Source of the DNA: Octopus vulgaris
Taxonomy: Eukaryota
Direction: 5' to 3'
Assembly (NCBI GenBank): GCA_951406725.2
Contig: OX597827.1
Location: 5,084,001 to 5,148,000 of the forward strand
DNA length: 64,000 nt
Made by a program: the position numbers and the translations under genes. Below the pieces are notes generated by a model. It saw only the letters and a program-made list of their open reading frames with translations, was not told the DNA's origin and made no database searches. This document shows positions 1-13,010 of the stretch, one piece after another. Within the stretch, counting starts at the first letter, position 1; each line of letters starts with the position of its first letter.

Positions 1-298
1 CAGATCCGCTTCAGCTGAACTTTGCAAAGTAATTGTTTGAATGAAGTATTTTGTAAGCATCATTTATTGTGGCCGTCCGCTTTCTTTTAAGGACATATTG
101 TCTTTGATCTCGAAACTGTTATACATCTGATCTGTCTTTTGAAAAATCATAAAGAATTTATTATCGAAGGTTTAGTAACAAAGACTCTTGAACCTTACTG
201 TGCTCCACTTTCCATGTCACTGCCAGGGTTCCTCTAAGCCAATACTAGTTTATATAACCGTCTTATAAAATATCAATGAATTCATTTGTATCAAATTC

Positions 299-704
299 TT
301 GAGTGGCTGTGTGGTAAGTAGCTTGTTTACCAACCACATGGTTCCGGGTTCAGTTCCACTGCGTGGCACCTTGGGCAAGTGTCTTCTACTATAGCCTTGG
401 GCCGACCAAAGCTTTGTGAGTGGATTTGGTAGATGGAAACTGAAAGAAGCCCGTCGTATATATGTATATATATATATATGTATGTGTATGTGTGTGTGTC
501 TGTGTTTGTCCCCCTAGTATTGCTTGACAACCGATGCTGGTGTGTTTATGTCCCCGTCACTTAGCGGTTTGGCAAAAGAGACCGATAGAATAAGTACTGG
601 GCTTACAAAGAATAAGTCCTGGGGTCGAGTTGCTCGATTAAAGGCGGTGCTCCAGCATGGCCGCAGTCAAATGACTGAAACAAGTAAAAGCGTAAAGAGA
701 GTAA
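299..704 (+). mobile_element. tRNA-derived SINE, family A (full length)
   Basis: A-box-like TGGCTGTGTGGTAAG, B-box-like GGTTCAGTTCC, internal (TA)/(TG) microsatellite, AGTAAAAG-type tail; >10 homologous copies in the window. Confidence 0.9.
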
Positions 705-1020
705 CTAAAGATGCCCACGATGATGTTAAACCTCAAGTCAGACAAATCATGTATATTATAATCTAAGATATTCTGATCTTGATATCACATCATTTGTATG
801 TCTACAATCAGGAATTACTCACAGATTCATCTTCAGGTAGGTGCTAAGGGTACTACCGAACCAAGATCCAGGAGAACCATGGATGCATGAATAGTATAAC
901 TTAGTTATATTGTAATGAGGGTTAATTATAATATCTTGGAGCATAAGTACCTAAATATGGCATTAACTTCACTGCGCAACGTATCCTCCTTTATTGAAAG
1001 TTGTGGAATATAATTTGAGT

Positions 1021-1640
1021 GAAGGAACATGGCTTAGTGGTCAGGGTATTGCACTCATGATTGCAAGACATGGTTTCGATTCCTGGAATAGGCAGTGCCT
1101 TGTATTCTTGAGCAAAACACTTCATTTCACATTCCTCCAGTTCACTCAGCTGTGGAGGCGCAATGGCCCAGTGGTTAGGACAGCGGACTCGCGGTTTCGA
1201 TTCCCAGACTGGGCGTTGTGAGTGTTTATTGAGCGAAAACACCTAAAAAGCTCCACGAGGCTCCGGCAGGGGATGGTGGTGATCCCTGCTGTACTCTTTC
1301 ACCACAACGTTCTCTCACTCTTACTTCCTGTTTCTGTTGTACCTGTATTTCAAAGGGCTGGCCTTGTCACTCTCTGTGTCATGCTGAATATCCCCGAGAA
1401 CTACATTTAGGGTAGACGTGTCTGTGGAGTGCTCAGCCACTTACAAGTTAATTTCACGAGCAGGCTGTTCCGTTGATTCGGATCAACCGGAACCCTCGTC
1501 GTCGTAACCGACGGAGTGCTTCCACAGTTCGCTCAGCCGTAATTGAGTAACTCTGCAACGGACTGACATTCCATTCATGGGGCATGTTGTAATCTCAGTC
1601 ACTTAATTAGCCATGAAAACTGGGTGACTGGCATCATAAG
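1021..1640 (+). mobile_element. Old tRNA-headed SINE interrupted by a younger family B SINE
   Basis: Head TGGCTTAGTGGTCAGGG...GGTTTCGATTCC; similar head at ~15885; resumes after the insertion at 1525. Confidence 0.6.
1154..1524 (+). mobile_element. tRNA-derived SINE, family B
   Basis: Near-identical to 59644-60023; 16-bp TSD CAGTTCRCTCAGCYGT at 1138-1153 and 1525-1540. Confidence 0.9.
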
Positions 1641-2379
1641 TCTTCAGACTCAAGTCAGTGAAGGGGTTGATGATAATGATGGTGATGCTGATGCAATTTT
1701 TGACTTGCATTTCAGGTTGAGCAACCATGTAGACTTTTCTTGTGTTGGTGCACCATTAGGCATGTTTAGCAACAATCTAATAAACCCATCAGAGGTGACA
1801 CAACAGCCATTAAATTCATGCCTCTTAGCCAAGCCCATCACCTAAATAATTCTCTCAGTTGACAATTTCTTTCTATCTCTCTTGCTATAATCATTCAGCT
1901 GTAAAAAGACTTGCATTATCTGTATACACATTTCTAAATTTGCAAAAACCTACCCATTCATAATAGCATTGGAATATATGAAAAGCAGCAAAAATAAGAT
2001 AATCTATGGTAAATTATTCATTCATTCATATATTACTAAATAGCAGACATTGATAATTTTGGCACTCAGCTTTAGTTTCATATAGATTGAGATTTATCAA
2101 AATCAAACTCTTCTCTTTCAGCAGTTTCTTTTTTTCTTTCTTTCTTTCCTCTTTTTTTTTTTTGTTTTCAACATCGCATTATAACTATGTGAAAATACTA
2201 CTTTGCCATTCATTCAAGTTTATTCTATGAATTTCCTTATTCCGATATTTAACAATCATCAAGATCAAGTTTCATCAGAAATGTAGGTGGCAGTCTCCGC
2301 ATTTTTCAAGGCAATCATTACATTAATTTCAATGAAGTCTAGTAGAAATTGAATTAAATAGTTCATTTATAAGCTATTA

Positions 2380-2399
2380 CACACAAACACGCACACACA

Positions 2400-2468
<69 letters not shown>

Positions 2469-2645
2469 AAACACATGCACACAAACTCAAATACATGCAC
2501 ACATACACACACACACAAACACACACACACACATGCACACACACACACACACACACATACATACGCACACGCACACACACACTCTCTCTCTCTCTTTCTC
2601 TCAAACACATACACACAAACTCAAATACCCGCACACATACACATG
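2380..2645. repeat. Compound (CA)n/(CT)n microsatellite
   Basis: Seen directly. Confidence 0.95.
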
Positions 2646-3090
2646 ATTTATGAGAAATACTAATAATAATGATAATCTATTTCTTTCAATTGATATGAAT
2701 TAAATATTGATTTGGGCGAAAAAAAAAATAAAAAAGAAATAACAAAAGCAAAATTTTGTTTATTTCTTGGTTCTTTTACTATAAGAAATGGATAAACATT
2801 TGATACACATCTAAAAGGTTTTAACATCTATAATTTGAAGTTGCACTGAAACAAACAGTAGAGAGCTAGAATAGATGTTTTCAAATACATATATCTATAG
2901 CACTTTAGGTCTTTTTGCCAATTTAAGTCGTAGCTTTTATGATTCTACCGACTCTGTGAGGTAGGTTAAATCTGTACCAGTACCATTTGTTCATTCCTTT
3001 TAATGTTCATTTCCCCAGATTAGCATAGACTGGACAGGAACTAGTTTGACTTAGGATTTTACATTTGGATATTCTTCCTCTTGCCAACCC

Positions 3091-3516
3091 TTACTCTTTA
3101 CTCTTTTACTCTTTTACTTGCTTCAGTCATTTGACTGCGGCCATGCTGGAGCACCGCCTTTTTTTAGTCGAGCAAATCGACCCCGGGACTTATTCTTTGT
3201 AAGCCCAGTACTTATTCTATCGGTCTCTTTTTGCCGAACCACTAAGTAACGGGGACGTAAACACACCAGCATCTGTTGTCAAGCAATGCTAGGGGGACAA
3301 ACACAGACACACTAACACACACACACATACATATATATATATACATACATATATACGACAGGCTTCTTTCAGTTTCCGTCTACCAAATCCACTCACAAGG
3401 CATTGGTCGGCCCGGGACTATAGCAGAAGACACTTGCCCAAGATGCCATGCAGTGGGACTGAACCCGGAACCATGTGGTTGGTTAGCAAGCTACTTACCA
3501 CACAGCCACACCTGCG
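3091..3516 (-). mobile_element. SINE family A
   Basis: Reverse complement of 299-704; (TTTACTC)-type tail on the left. Confidence 0.9.
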
Positions 3517-3594
3517 CCTTATTTGTTTTTTTTTCAAGACCCAGCCACCACAACAGAATTGAGATCCTAAAACCAAAGTGCCATATATAAAGTA

Positions 3595-3750
3595 TTGGTG
3601 TCGGTGCTGGCGCTACATAAAAATCACTGGTGCTGGTCCCATGTACAAAGCACTGATGGGATGGTGCCACATAAAAAGCACTCGTGCCCTCTGTGGAGTG
3701 GTTGGCATGAGGGAGGGCATCCAACCATAGAAGCTAAACCAAAACAGACT
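3595..3750 (+). mobile_element. SINE-like family D fragment
   Basis: Repeated GTGCCACATAAAAAGCAC-like motif then GGAGGGCATCC. Confidence 0.6.
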
Positions 3751-4486
3751 ACGGTGTATATATTTTAGCCATCCAGTGAAGAAGCCTCTATATAGTCACG
3801 TAATCTATTAGAAATAGGTGCCAAATATTCCTCATATTACATTATACCATATAAAAGAAAGAAAGATACGTCAGACCATGTAATCGCTGACTTTTAAAAG
3901 ACTTGAATTGCCACTGTGGGATTGCCTTTGACCATAGCTCTATTCAATCAGAGCTTAGATGGGTGTCTAAACAACATCAGTATGCCTATGAAAGAGCATG
4001 CCAATGTAAATAAGGCAGGAAACATTAATCTGGAAATTTCTAATGATTCTGCTATAATGCACTGACACCTAGATTTATTTTGATGATGAACTTGAATATG
4101 ATTTTTCTAAAAATCATTAAGACCCCTATACATGTTTTTATTGACATCACTGAGTGAAATTTTAATAAGACATTAAATGAAGCAAAATTTGTTTCAGTGA
4201 GAATTTATCCACAACAAAAAATGTAATAAGTAATTATTTTGAAAGTGAATACTAATTTTTTATGAAATACATTTTTATCAGACTTTATTTAAAGATGCCT
4301 TGCCTTAAGGAACAAGAATACTTTCCAACGAATGTAATATATAAATCTTTCTGAGAGTTCAGAAGCATCTCTATATTATAGTATAGAAACATCTCTATAC
4401 TATGTTACTTAATGTGTTAGTAAAGGAAGTTGTGTGTGTATGTGTGTGTGTGTGTGTTTGTGTATGTATGTATGTATGTATGTATG

Positions 4487-4522
<36 letters not shown>

Positions 4523-5129
4523 ATCATCATCATTGTTATTATCATTGTAATATCCTCTTTTCCATGCTCATATGAGTGAAACAGAATTTCTTTAAGTTTC
4601 CAAAAACCAAATCTGCTCTCAAGGCTCTAGTTGGCCTACAGCCTTTGTAAAAGACACATGCCCAAGATGTCATGCAATGGGACTGAATCTGGAACCATGT
4701 GGTTGGAAGCAAACTTATTCAACAGCCATGCTTTATCCATATCTGTATCTAAAGTTCATCAGAGCTTGGTTTTCAGTGCCACTCCCACCCATGCATCATA
4801 GTCATTCAGACCACTGGGGTGAAGTTTTAGATTGAGTGCCTGTGGGAACTGCTTATATAGCTGAATCGGTAGCAGAAATAGAAAAGACATTCCAAGTGTA
4901 GCATCGAAAGACTTTGAAGTTATCTTAGCAAAGTCCAAATATCTAGTAAGAAGGGAAAAAGAACAGGACTCACCCTGCTTACAGGAAATAGCTTTACTTA
5001 CTATGTTGGAGAGGTATAGGTAGAAGTTCCATATGGTGTACTCAAGTCTCCTAGTATAAGATGGTTTGCATGCAGAGATCTTTAAATATGGAAGTCAAAA
5101 TTTAATACACTGACTTACCTCCTTAATAC

Positions 5130-7025
5130 AGAAGATTTGGGCGGATGAGATGGTTTTCGCAAGACTGGAAAGATGCTCTCATGCTTTTACTGTGTAATGG
5201 AAAAGGTGGACAAGACGACTGTGGTGGTTTCAAAAGATATTGTTGCTTTCTGTTGCTTGTAAGCTCTTGTGTAGGGTTAAGCGTGACAGACTGCTTTCGT
5301 ACATTGTTGATGACGTGTCAGTGTGGTTTCAGAAGAGGAACAAGTACGATTGGTATGACTTTCTCAGCGAGACATCTTTAAGAAAAGTGTATCTAACAAA
5401 GTATGGATCTATTCCGAGTGTTTGTTGATCTGACAAAGGTGTTTTGACACAGAAAACAGAGAAGCTCTTTAGAAGTTACTGAGGAAACTTGGTGTCCAAA
5501 TAAGTTTATGACAATTCTTTGTCAATTCCATAATAACAATGGAAGCTTGGGTGAATTTTGGTGAGAATGTAACTGATCCTGTTGTTGTGAATAATGGTGT
5601 CAAATAAGGTAATATTCCAATGTCAACACAGTTTTCACTATGATGTTTGTAATGGCTTTTAGTGAGTAACAATATTGAATGTAGGTCAAGTTTTGCACAT
5701 CCATGATACTTTACAACATAAGACACTTCAGTCATCATCATCATCATCATAATTCTTAAGTGTCCACTTTTCTTGCTGGCATGGGTTGGAAGGTTTGACA
5801 GAAGCTGGCCAGGCAGAAGACTACACCAGACTTTGGTTTTATGGCTGGATGTCCTTCCTAACACCAGCCACCCTGCAGAGCGGACTGAGTACTTTTTACA
5901 TAGCACAGTCACAGGTGAGGTCAGTTTTGGAATGGTTTTTACAGCTGGATACCCTTCCAGATGTCAACCACTTTACAGTGTAGATGCTTTTTACATGGCA
6001 CCAGCACCGGCAAGGTTACCAAGCAGCTTGCAAGACGAAGATCCTTTGAGAGGTTTCAAAAGTTGTGTTCTCATTGATGACTGAAATTTCTTTTCTCACA
6101 CTCAAAAAAACATGCAACATATCATAGTACCTGTCTCCAATGCATGTTTTGTACTAGGCCTGATGATAAGTCTTAAAAAGACTGTTGTCTGATATCAGCC
6201 CATCCCAGGAGAGCCATACTTGAAACTAGATATCCAAGTGTATAACTAGAAGCTTCAAGTCATAGCTAGGTTTGTGTATTTTGGCAGCACCCTTAGTATA
6301 CCATGCACCCCTGACAATGAAATCTTGTTAAGAATCAGCAAAACCTATGTTGCTTTCAGAAAGTTGGAAAAGCATCTGTGGTCTCAGCATGGTATCTTTA
6401 CTGATACCAAAGTCAAGATTTATGTAACATATGTGTTTTATGCCTGGGAAAAGTGGATGACCTACTGAAAGCACCTAAAACAACTGGGGGTATTTTCATT
6501 AGTAGTGTCTATCTTGGGCCTGAATTAGAAAATGTACATGAATGATGTTGAAGTCCTTAAAAGAAATTACTGTCGAAGTATTGAGTTGATCACTGTGCAG
6601 TATTGACTCTTATGGCTGGGTCATTTAGAATGGATGACTTGAGGACTCTGGAGCAACTCTTGTAAGCTGAAGTTTAAAGGTTGTATAAGAGCATTCTTGA
6701 AGAAAGCTAACATCTCGGAAAGGACTGGGAAGAAACCACAACTGATTGGACAAGATGGAGGAAACCAATATATGATAAAATTAAGGATTTTGAAATAACT
6801 CGAAGAAATCATAACAAGTTAAAAAGGAATGCTAGAAAGGGTGTGGATGTGATATTTCTGGGAAATGTGGGTGACCAGGGTGAGCTGACATGCGATGTAT
6901 GTAGGAAAGTCTGCTTCAGCAGGGTGGGCCTGAAAAGTTGCACTTGTTCTGCTCATGCGTGAGACCAGTCAATTCTGAAATGCTTCAAGCAATGGCTTTA
7001 CTTGAGAACAAGAAAGTAGCCATCA
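5130..7025 (+). mobile_element. Decayed RTE-clade LINE (RT and C-terminal region) interrupted by a family D element at 5733-6030
   Basis: Frameshifted peptides WKDA..GKGG, CGFRRGTSTIGM, FVDLTKVF, NNGVK*G, YFGSTLS..EILLRISK, TKVKIY and terminal CDVCRKVCFSRVGL. Confidence 0.8.
5733..6030 (-). mobile_element. SINE-like family D
   Basis: (CAT)n tail on the left, CATGGGTTGGA and GCTGGATG motifs shared with the other copies. Confidence 0.75.
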
Positions 7026-7041
7026 TGTATAGATTAATGTA

Positions 7042-7284
7042 TGTTTGCTGACACTGTAGTAATATTATTGGAAAACAACATTGTTATTAGGATATTATGT
7101 TGAACAGTCAATGATCTATATCTATAAACTGTATATATGTGTGTGTGTATTAAATACACACACATACACAAACATATATCCATACACACACACACAGTTT
7201 ACAGATACAGATCATTGACTGTTGAAAACAATATCCTAATAACAATGTTGTTTTCCAATAATATTACTACGGTGTCAGCAAACA
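7042..7284. repeat. Fold-back inverted repeat (~90-bp arms, microsatellite spacer)
   Basis: TGTTTGCTGACACTGTAGTAATATTATTGGAAAACAACATTG... is the reverse complement of ...CAATGTTGTTTTCCAATAATATTACTACGGTGTCAGCAAACA with few mismatches. Confidence 0.9.
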
Positions 7285-7549
7285 ACTTTGCATCTAAGGA
7301 ACGTCTTTGTAGTTAGTCCCACTACAAAGATTCTGTCCACACTAATTACATGATACAATTAATAAGTTTATGTTTGATTGAAATGGATATAATAACAAGC
7401 TGTGTAACTTTGTAAATATTAGTTGTTGTGAGTCTAAGTAATATAGACTCTATGTTATAAAATTCACAACTGATATATTACAAGTTAATAATTTAGAGGA
7501 ACATTTAAACTGTATTTTGCATGATTTCATTACTTTTATTCTTTTCATA

Positions 7550-7811
7550 GTCATAAACCAGAAGTGATTGGCTGCTTGAAGATGAAGAATAATCACTATT
7601 ATTCAAATTAGTTGTTTATGTATCCAAAATTATTTTGAATGTTTAAACTTATGTAAAAAATGCTTCTATTTATATGATCAGAATAGTAGTAAGTTGGTAG
7701 CTTGTGATATAGGTTAAGTTGAAGTTTCTTGTGATGAAATATATTGTAAATGATTGGTAAAGTAGATGAATCTTTACCTACATAATGAACCATTATTGTT
7801 ATTGCAGTTTT
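7550..7811 (-). pseudogene. Exon-like segment, PLAT C-half/post-PLAT-like
   Basis: ttttcag|KTAITIMVHYVGKDSS...NNFGYINN, then stops, then in-frame LFFIFKQPITSG, loosely like PKD1 WLSIWDRPPRS. Confidence 0.35.
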
Positions 7812-7951
7812 CTGAAAATCTTTCTAGTTAGCTTCTTTTTTTTTTACACTTTTACTCAGGAGGAAAAGTTGTTAGCCCTAACACTTGACAGAGCCTTTGA
7901 AACTACAGACACAACCTGAATGCTTGCAATAGACTGGATTCTGCTAGAGGT

Positions 7952-8253
7952 ACCATTCGAGTGTGATCATTACCAACATCGCCTTACCGGCACCTGTGCT
8001 GGTGGCATGTGTAAAAAGATTCGAGCGAGGTCATTGTCAGTAACGCCTGACTGGCCCCCGTGCTGGTGGCACATAAAAAGCACCCACTACACTCTCGGAG
8101 TGGTTGGCATTAGGAAGGGCACCCAGCTGTAGAAACTCTGCCAAATCAAGATTGGAGCCTGATGCAGCTATTTGGTTCGCCAGCCTTCAGTCAGAATCGT
8201 CCAACCCATGCCAGCATGGAAAGTGGACGTTAAACGATGATGATGATGATGAT
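7952..8253 (+). mobile_element. SINE-like family D
   Basis: GGTGGCACATAAAAAGCACC units, AGGAAGGGCACCCAGCTGTAGAAAC, (GAT)n tail. Confidence 0.85.
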
Positions 8254-8879
8254 GTACCAAGCTGCTTGGTGGAATTGTTAAACTGGATAACATATTAAGT
8301 CTACCACCCAAGCAAGCCATGAAAGGATTTCAATTCATACTGCAAAGAGGCAGAACAGGTAACTCAAGGCATCTAGTCTAACATTCATATAATTCCACTA
8401 ATTGGATTGATACTTTTTTTCCTGACCTCAAAAAGGCAAAAGGGCGAATTGACCTTGGTGGGATTTTGACTCAGAATGCAGACAGCTGGAACAGATACCA
8501 TGAGCCATTCTATCCAACATCCTAATAGCTCTGCAATTCAAATAGTTTAAAATACGATACTATTTTAACTCAATAATTTTTGTGAAAATTTTAGGAATTG
8601 AATTTCAAATAGTCTTGAAATGTATTGTGAGTTGTGACTTAATTCTGTCCATAGGTTTATGGTATGATTAATTTAACCAAAAGTGACTTGTGATATTATG
8701 TTGTTGCTATTCTGTTTTGGTAAGGAATAAGCACAGAATCTCGCTTCAGTATATTTCATTTAATATGTATGCTATAATTTTTATGACTGCAATGCCATAT
8801 ATGCAATAAAATCACTTAAGATTCCATCTGTGTTCGGTGCTTTTTCTGCATTCACCTTGCAGAAAGTATCCTATAATTT

Positions 8880-9130
8880 GGCTTTAGCTGTTGGCAGTCC
8901 ATGGCAACAGCTCTTTCTCCATGACTTTCTTCAAATAATCTTTTAATAGATTCAGATTGTCATTGAAATCTGACTAGTTTTCCCATCAGGGTGTTTCCGT
9001 TTCGGTCATTTATAAATCCAGTTATTCTTGGTCACACATTTCCTGTTGCCTATACTGTATGTACTTAAAATTCATATAAAATTTGCTATCAACCTTCTGT
9101 GATGTTCTAGCTATTTTTGTTAGCCATGTT
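8880..9130 (-). mobile_element. Decayed RTE-like LINE fragment
   Basis: INDRNGNTLMGK...IKRLFEE resembles the RTE pre-RT linker. Confidence 0.45.
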
Positions 9131-9149
9131 GTATTGTTGTTATACACCT

Positions 9150-9435
9150 TTATTGATTTTCTTCTTTCAGGAAAGGAAGGATATATTTAATTTTTTTTTC
9201 TTCTTTTTGTTTTATTTTTCTTTCAATCTTATGAATATGATGATATAAATTTCACCATTCAACCATTTCTTGGAAATATCCCCTTTTTCCCTTCTTCAGA
9301 AGATTTATTTTATTCTTCTTCCTCAAAGTCTTCTATCAGAATCTTTCATTTTTCTCTGCATCGTTATTATGATAATGCAGTTTAGCGAACCTATTCTCTA
9401 CATTGAAACTTATTATGAGTTGATAAGGCTTAATA
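9150..9435 (-). pseudogene. Exon-like segment, PLAT-like, with stops
   Basis: ctctttcag|IKPYQLIISFNVENRFAKLHYHNND..**..GYFQEMVEW*NLYHHIHKIERK. Confidence 0.3.
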
Positions 9436-9464
9436 CTGAAAGAGACCATATCATCATTATTATC

Positions 9465-9503
9465 AGCAGCATCAGTAGCATCAGCAGTAGTACTTGTAGT
9501 AGC

Positions 9504-9547
<44 letters not shown>

Positions 9548-9590
9548 CAGCAGCAGCAGTCTTAGTAGTACTAACAGCAGCAGTAGTAGA
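9465..9590. repeat. (AGT)n/(AGC)n microsatellite
   Basis: Seen directly. Confidence 0.95.
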
Positions 9591-10054
9591 TTTGGTATTG
9601 AAGCAGACGGACATCTCTGAAGATATTACTAAATTTTACTGAATGAAGATGCTTCTTTCTTTTCCAATTTTTAAAAAATTATTTTGTAAATAGAGGTCAT
9701 CAAAATGTTTGGATGTCTAACCCAATTCATTGGGTAGATAAAAAATCTATCTTTCATTAAAAAATTAAAAAAAATTTTTTTTGTTAATTCTGTTTTTACA
9801 AAACTTTTCTTAGGTTTACAGGTTTTGAAACTGATTTCTTCTATCAAAAGGCCAGTAACAAGCACCGATATTGGGTTTATCCTCTGACGTAATGTTCTGG
9901 ATTCAAATACCGCTGAGGTCCACTTTGCCTTTTCTCCTTTCGGATCAATAAATACTGGAGTCGATATAATGAACTTACCCACACCCTCAAAATTGCTGGC
10001 CTTGAAATCAATGTTAAGAATACCCTCTCAGAAGAAAATGATGAAGTAATTATT

Positions 10055-10245
10055 CTTTTATTTGTTTCAGTTATTTGACTGCAGCCATGCTGGAGCACCG
10101 CCTTTAGTCGAGCAAATTGACCCCAGGACTTATTCTTTGTAAGCCTAGTACTTATTCTATCGGTCTCTCTTGTCGAACTGCTAACTTACCGGGAAGTAAA
10201 CACACCAGCATCAGTTGTCAAGTGATGGTGGGGGGACAAACACAG

Positions 10246-10294
<49 letters not shown>

Positions 10295-10420
10295 CGACGG
10301 GCTTCTTTCAGTTTCCATCTACCAAATCCACTCACAAGGCTTTGGTCAGCCCGAGGCTATAGTAGAAGACACTTGCCCAAGGTGCCATGCAGTGGGACTG
10401 AACTTGGATCCATGTGGTTC
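10055..10420 (-). mobile_element. SINE family A (head truncated)
   Basis: Homologous to 3091-3516. Confidence 0.85.
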
Positions 10421-10569
10421 CACCTATGTTCAAAGTACATTGAAATGAAATTAATACTATAGATTTTGAAAAAGTTACTCTGAACAGATTTTAAAATAAA
10501 ATAAATAAATAAAAAATAAGTTAAATGACAATGAAACAAGTAGATACACCACAAAATGCAGACAGTCAC

Positions 10570-11319
10570 CATTAGACAATAGAAATCGCAATACCACTTC
10601 TCAAAAATACCAACACAAGCAACAGAAATAATGTGTACTTGTATGATGCAGTTCCAGACCTCTTATCCAGCGTCTGAAAATCTAGCATTTTTAGAAATCC
10701 AAAAATACTGTGCAATATGGTGCACCTTGCATTTAATGGATGATGCAATCACTGTTGGACAGGCACTTGTTTATATATTCAGTCTTGGCCTCATTGAGGT
10801 AAAGACCTACACAATTTGAGGCTTGTTCGAGAGATTGTAAAAGAGACTGGGCATTGGTGAGAGAATCACTGAGGAGAGTCCAGTTTGCTGGACATTATTG
10901 TAGAGCTGAAAACGAGGCAATCTCTACTCTTCTCCTCTGGAAGCCATCTACTTGCAATACCAGAGGGCGCACACTCTCCTACCCTGATGTAATCTCCAGG
11001 GATACAGGCATCCAGCAACAGGACCTCTAATGCCATGATGGACAGTGAAGTCTGGCATAGCATGGTAAATTCCATTGTCTCAACCACGGTCGAACAATGA
11101 TGATGATGATGCATTTAATGGACCCTGTTTTTGAAGTCTGTTAATTTGCATGTGTAGTGTAAAAAATTGCTTTGTTCTTTATTTTCTTTAAGTGGATTGA
11201 TAAAGGTTAAACATACTAGAAGTTGTATTAACAACATCAGCGGATCCAAAAATCTACTATTTTCATATCTTGGCATCTGAAGCGAGCTGGAGATACGATA
11301 GTTTAACCAAAAGAACCGG
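10570..11319 (-). pseudogene. Exon-like segment(s) with GPS-like motif and TM1-like helix, interrupted by an RTE insertion
   Basis: Acceptor ttttgcttcaaacag| at 11319 and possible donor gtatgt at 11216; removing the RTE and one TSD restores LQKQGPLNARCTILHSIFGFLKMLDF...YTLFLLLVLVFLRSGIAISIV. Confidence 0.5.
10741..11109 (+). mobile_element. 5'-truncated, 5'-inverted RTE LINE insertion with 13-bp TSD
   Basis: + part RRVQFAGHYCRAENEAISTLLLWKP with (TGA)n tail; - part AQSLLQSLEQASNCVGLYLNEAKTEY; TSD TGCATTTAATGGA at 10728-10740 and 11110-11122. Confidence 0.9.
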
Positions 11320-11579
11320 CTGTTTGAAGCAAAATTAAATATTGAAAAAAAAAGGCATTTGGCCAAATTTGGACATACAACAGTTTAGCATAATAGCAGC
11401 GATATATATCATAAATACTTATACACAAATATGTTTTTCATTCTGTTAGATATGAAATCTGGAGGGCTCAAATTCAACTTGCTTTTTACTCCCTCATGTT
11501 TGGGGGTAAATAAGAAATTATAAACTCATACGTCTGTCTTTTGAGGCTATTTGAAGATTTGAGGATTGTAGGAAAGAGT

Positions 11580-11703
11580 TTTTGCCTTTCATCCTTTCGG
11601 GGTCGATAAATTAAGTACCAGTTACGCACTGGGGTCGATGTAATTGACTTAATCCCTTTGTCTGTCCCCTCTATGTTTAGCCCCTTGTAGGCAATAAAGA
11701 AAT
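11580..11703 (+). mobile_element. SINE family C, 5'-truncated
   Basis: GCCTTTCATCCTTTCGGGGTCGATAAATTAAGTACCAG core and AAAGAAATA end. Confidence 0.85.
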
Positions 11704-12109
11704 ATATCAGTCACCAATGGATGTTTTAGTTCCAAAGAAAAGTTTTGTTTCAACAATGTGGAATCATGTTTGACAAAAAATAATCTCAAATCTGTTTTTT
11801 TCATCTTATTTCCATTGACTCTGTACTATTCCAAATCAATGCTGACCAAATTAGTTTTAGCTTCAGGAAATAGGAAATTTTAAAGAATAAAATAATAAGT
11901 TACCACAAAAGCTAGAGCAACTACTTTTTTGCTCCACTGATAGTTTTTTCTTTAGATGTCATTAAGTTTATTGCAGCAGATTGTCTTACTTTCAATGCTG
12001 TAATATTGACATTTACTTTCATTATCAAATATCACCTTTTCTCCATATTTTTAAATGTTATGAAAAAATTGTTTTTTGCTAATTAGTTTTCTTAGTGTCC
12101 TTTTATTCA

Positions 12110-12122
12110 TGTGTGTGTGTAT

Positions 12123-12190
<68 letters not shown>

Positions 12191-12229
12191 ATCTGTCTAT
12201 CTATCTGTCTATTTACCTATCTGTGTGTT

Positions 12230-12290
<61 letters not shown>

Positions 12291-12330
12291 TTATATATAT
12301 ATATGTGTGTGTGTGTATGTGTGTGTATGT
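12110..12330. repeat. Compound (CT)n/(CTAT)n/(TA)n/(TG)n microsatellite
   Basis: Seen directly. Confidence 0.95.
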
Positions 12331-12459
12331 CTGAAAATAGAATTTAGTAATTGATGGATACACTAGTTTTCCCTCACCTTTGTTTTTATAAGAATATTAT
12401 TATTAGTACAGTTACTATTATTATTATTATTATTATTATTGTTATTATTATTATTATTT

Positions 12460-13010
12460 GAGTGAGAGAGTACCGTATGCCATCAAAGTGACACTGGAGT
12501 ACAAATATACGAAGCCCAATATACTCCTCATGACTACCCATCTGATAAAGGTACATTAGGCACATGCATCACAACCATATGTATACAACATGGTAATCTC
12601 ATATCAAAATAAAAAGTACATGACATTGCATGTGGGAGTCAGTTAGAATTTTCTTCATGTTGAGTATCCCATCCTGTTCAAGAGCTCCCTGAATTAAGGT
12701 TGTTTAAGGATGATGAATGAAATATGTGTGTGTCCAGAGGTGAATTATTCAAACCCCAAAGAATCTCTCTCTACACATGACTATGATGCTCCCCTACGAC
12801 TCCTCCTCATGATCTGAGATACAGTATCATCAGCCATCCAGAGACATGCTCAACTGGTTAGGATCAAATAACTGACAAGCAAATCTGTAGTATTGAGCAG
12901 AATATTTGCTGTAGCCCATCTTTTTATACCAAGACAAAACATCTGGATGTTAAACACTTCCAATCAGCTTAGATCAGAAGCCGTGAGAGCCACTGACTGG
13001 CACTGCATCA
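12460..13010 (-). mobile_element. Non-autonomous retroelement family E, (TAA)n-associated
   Basis: ~550 bp, homologous to 15086-15630 and 28965-29490; abuts (ATT)n. Confidence 0.85.
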
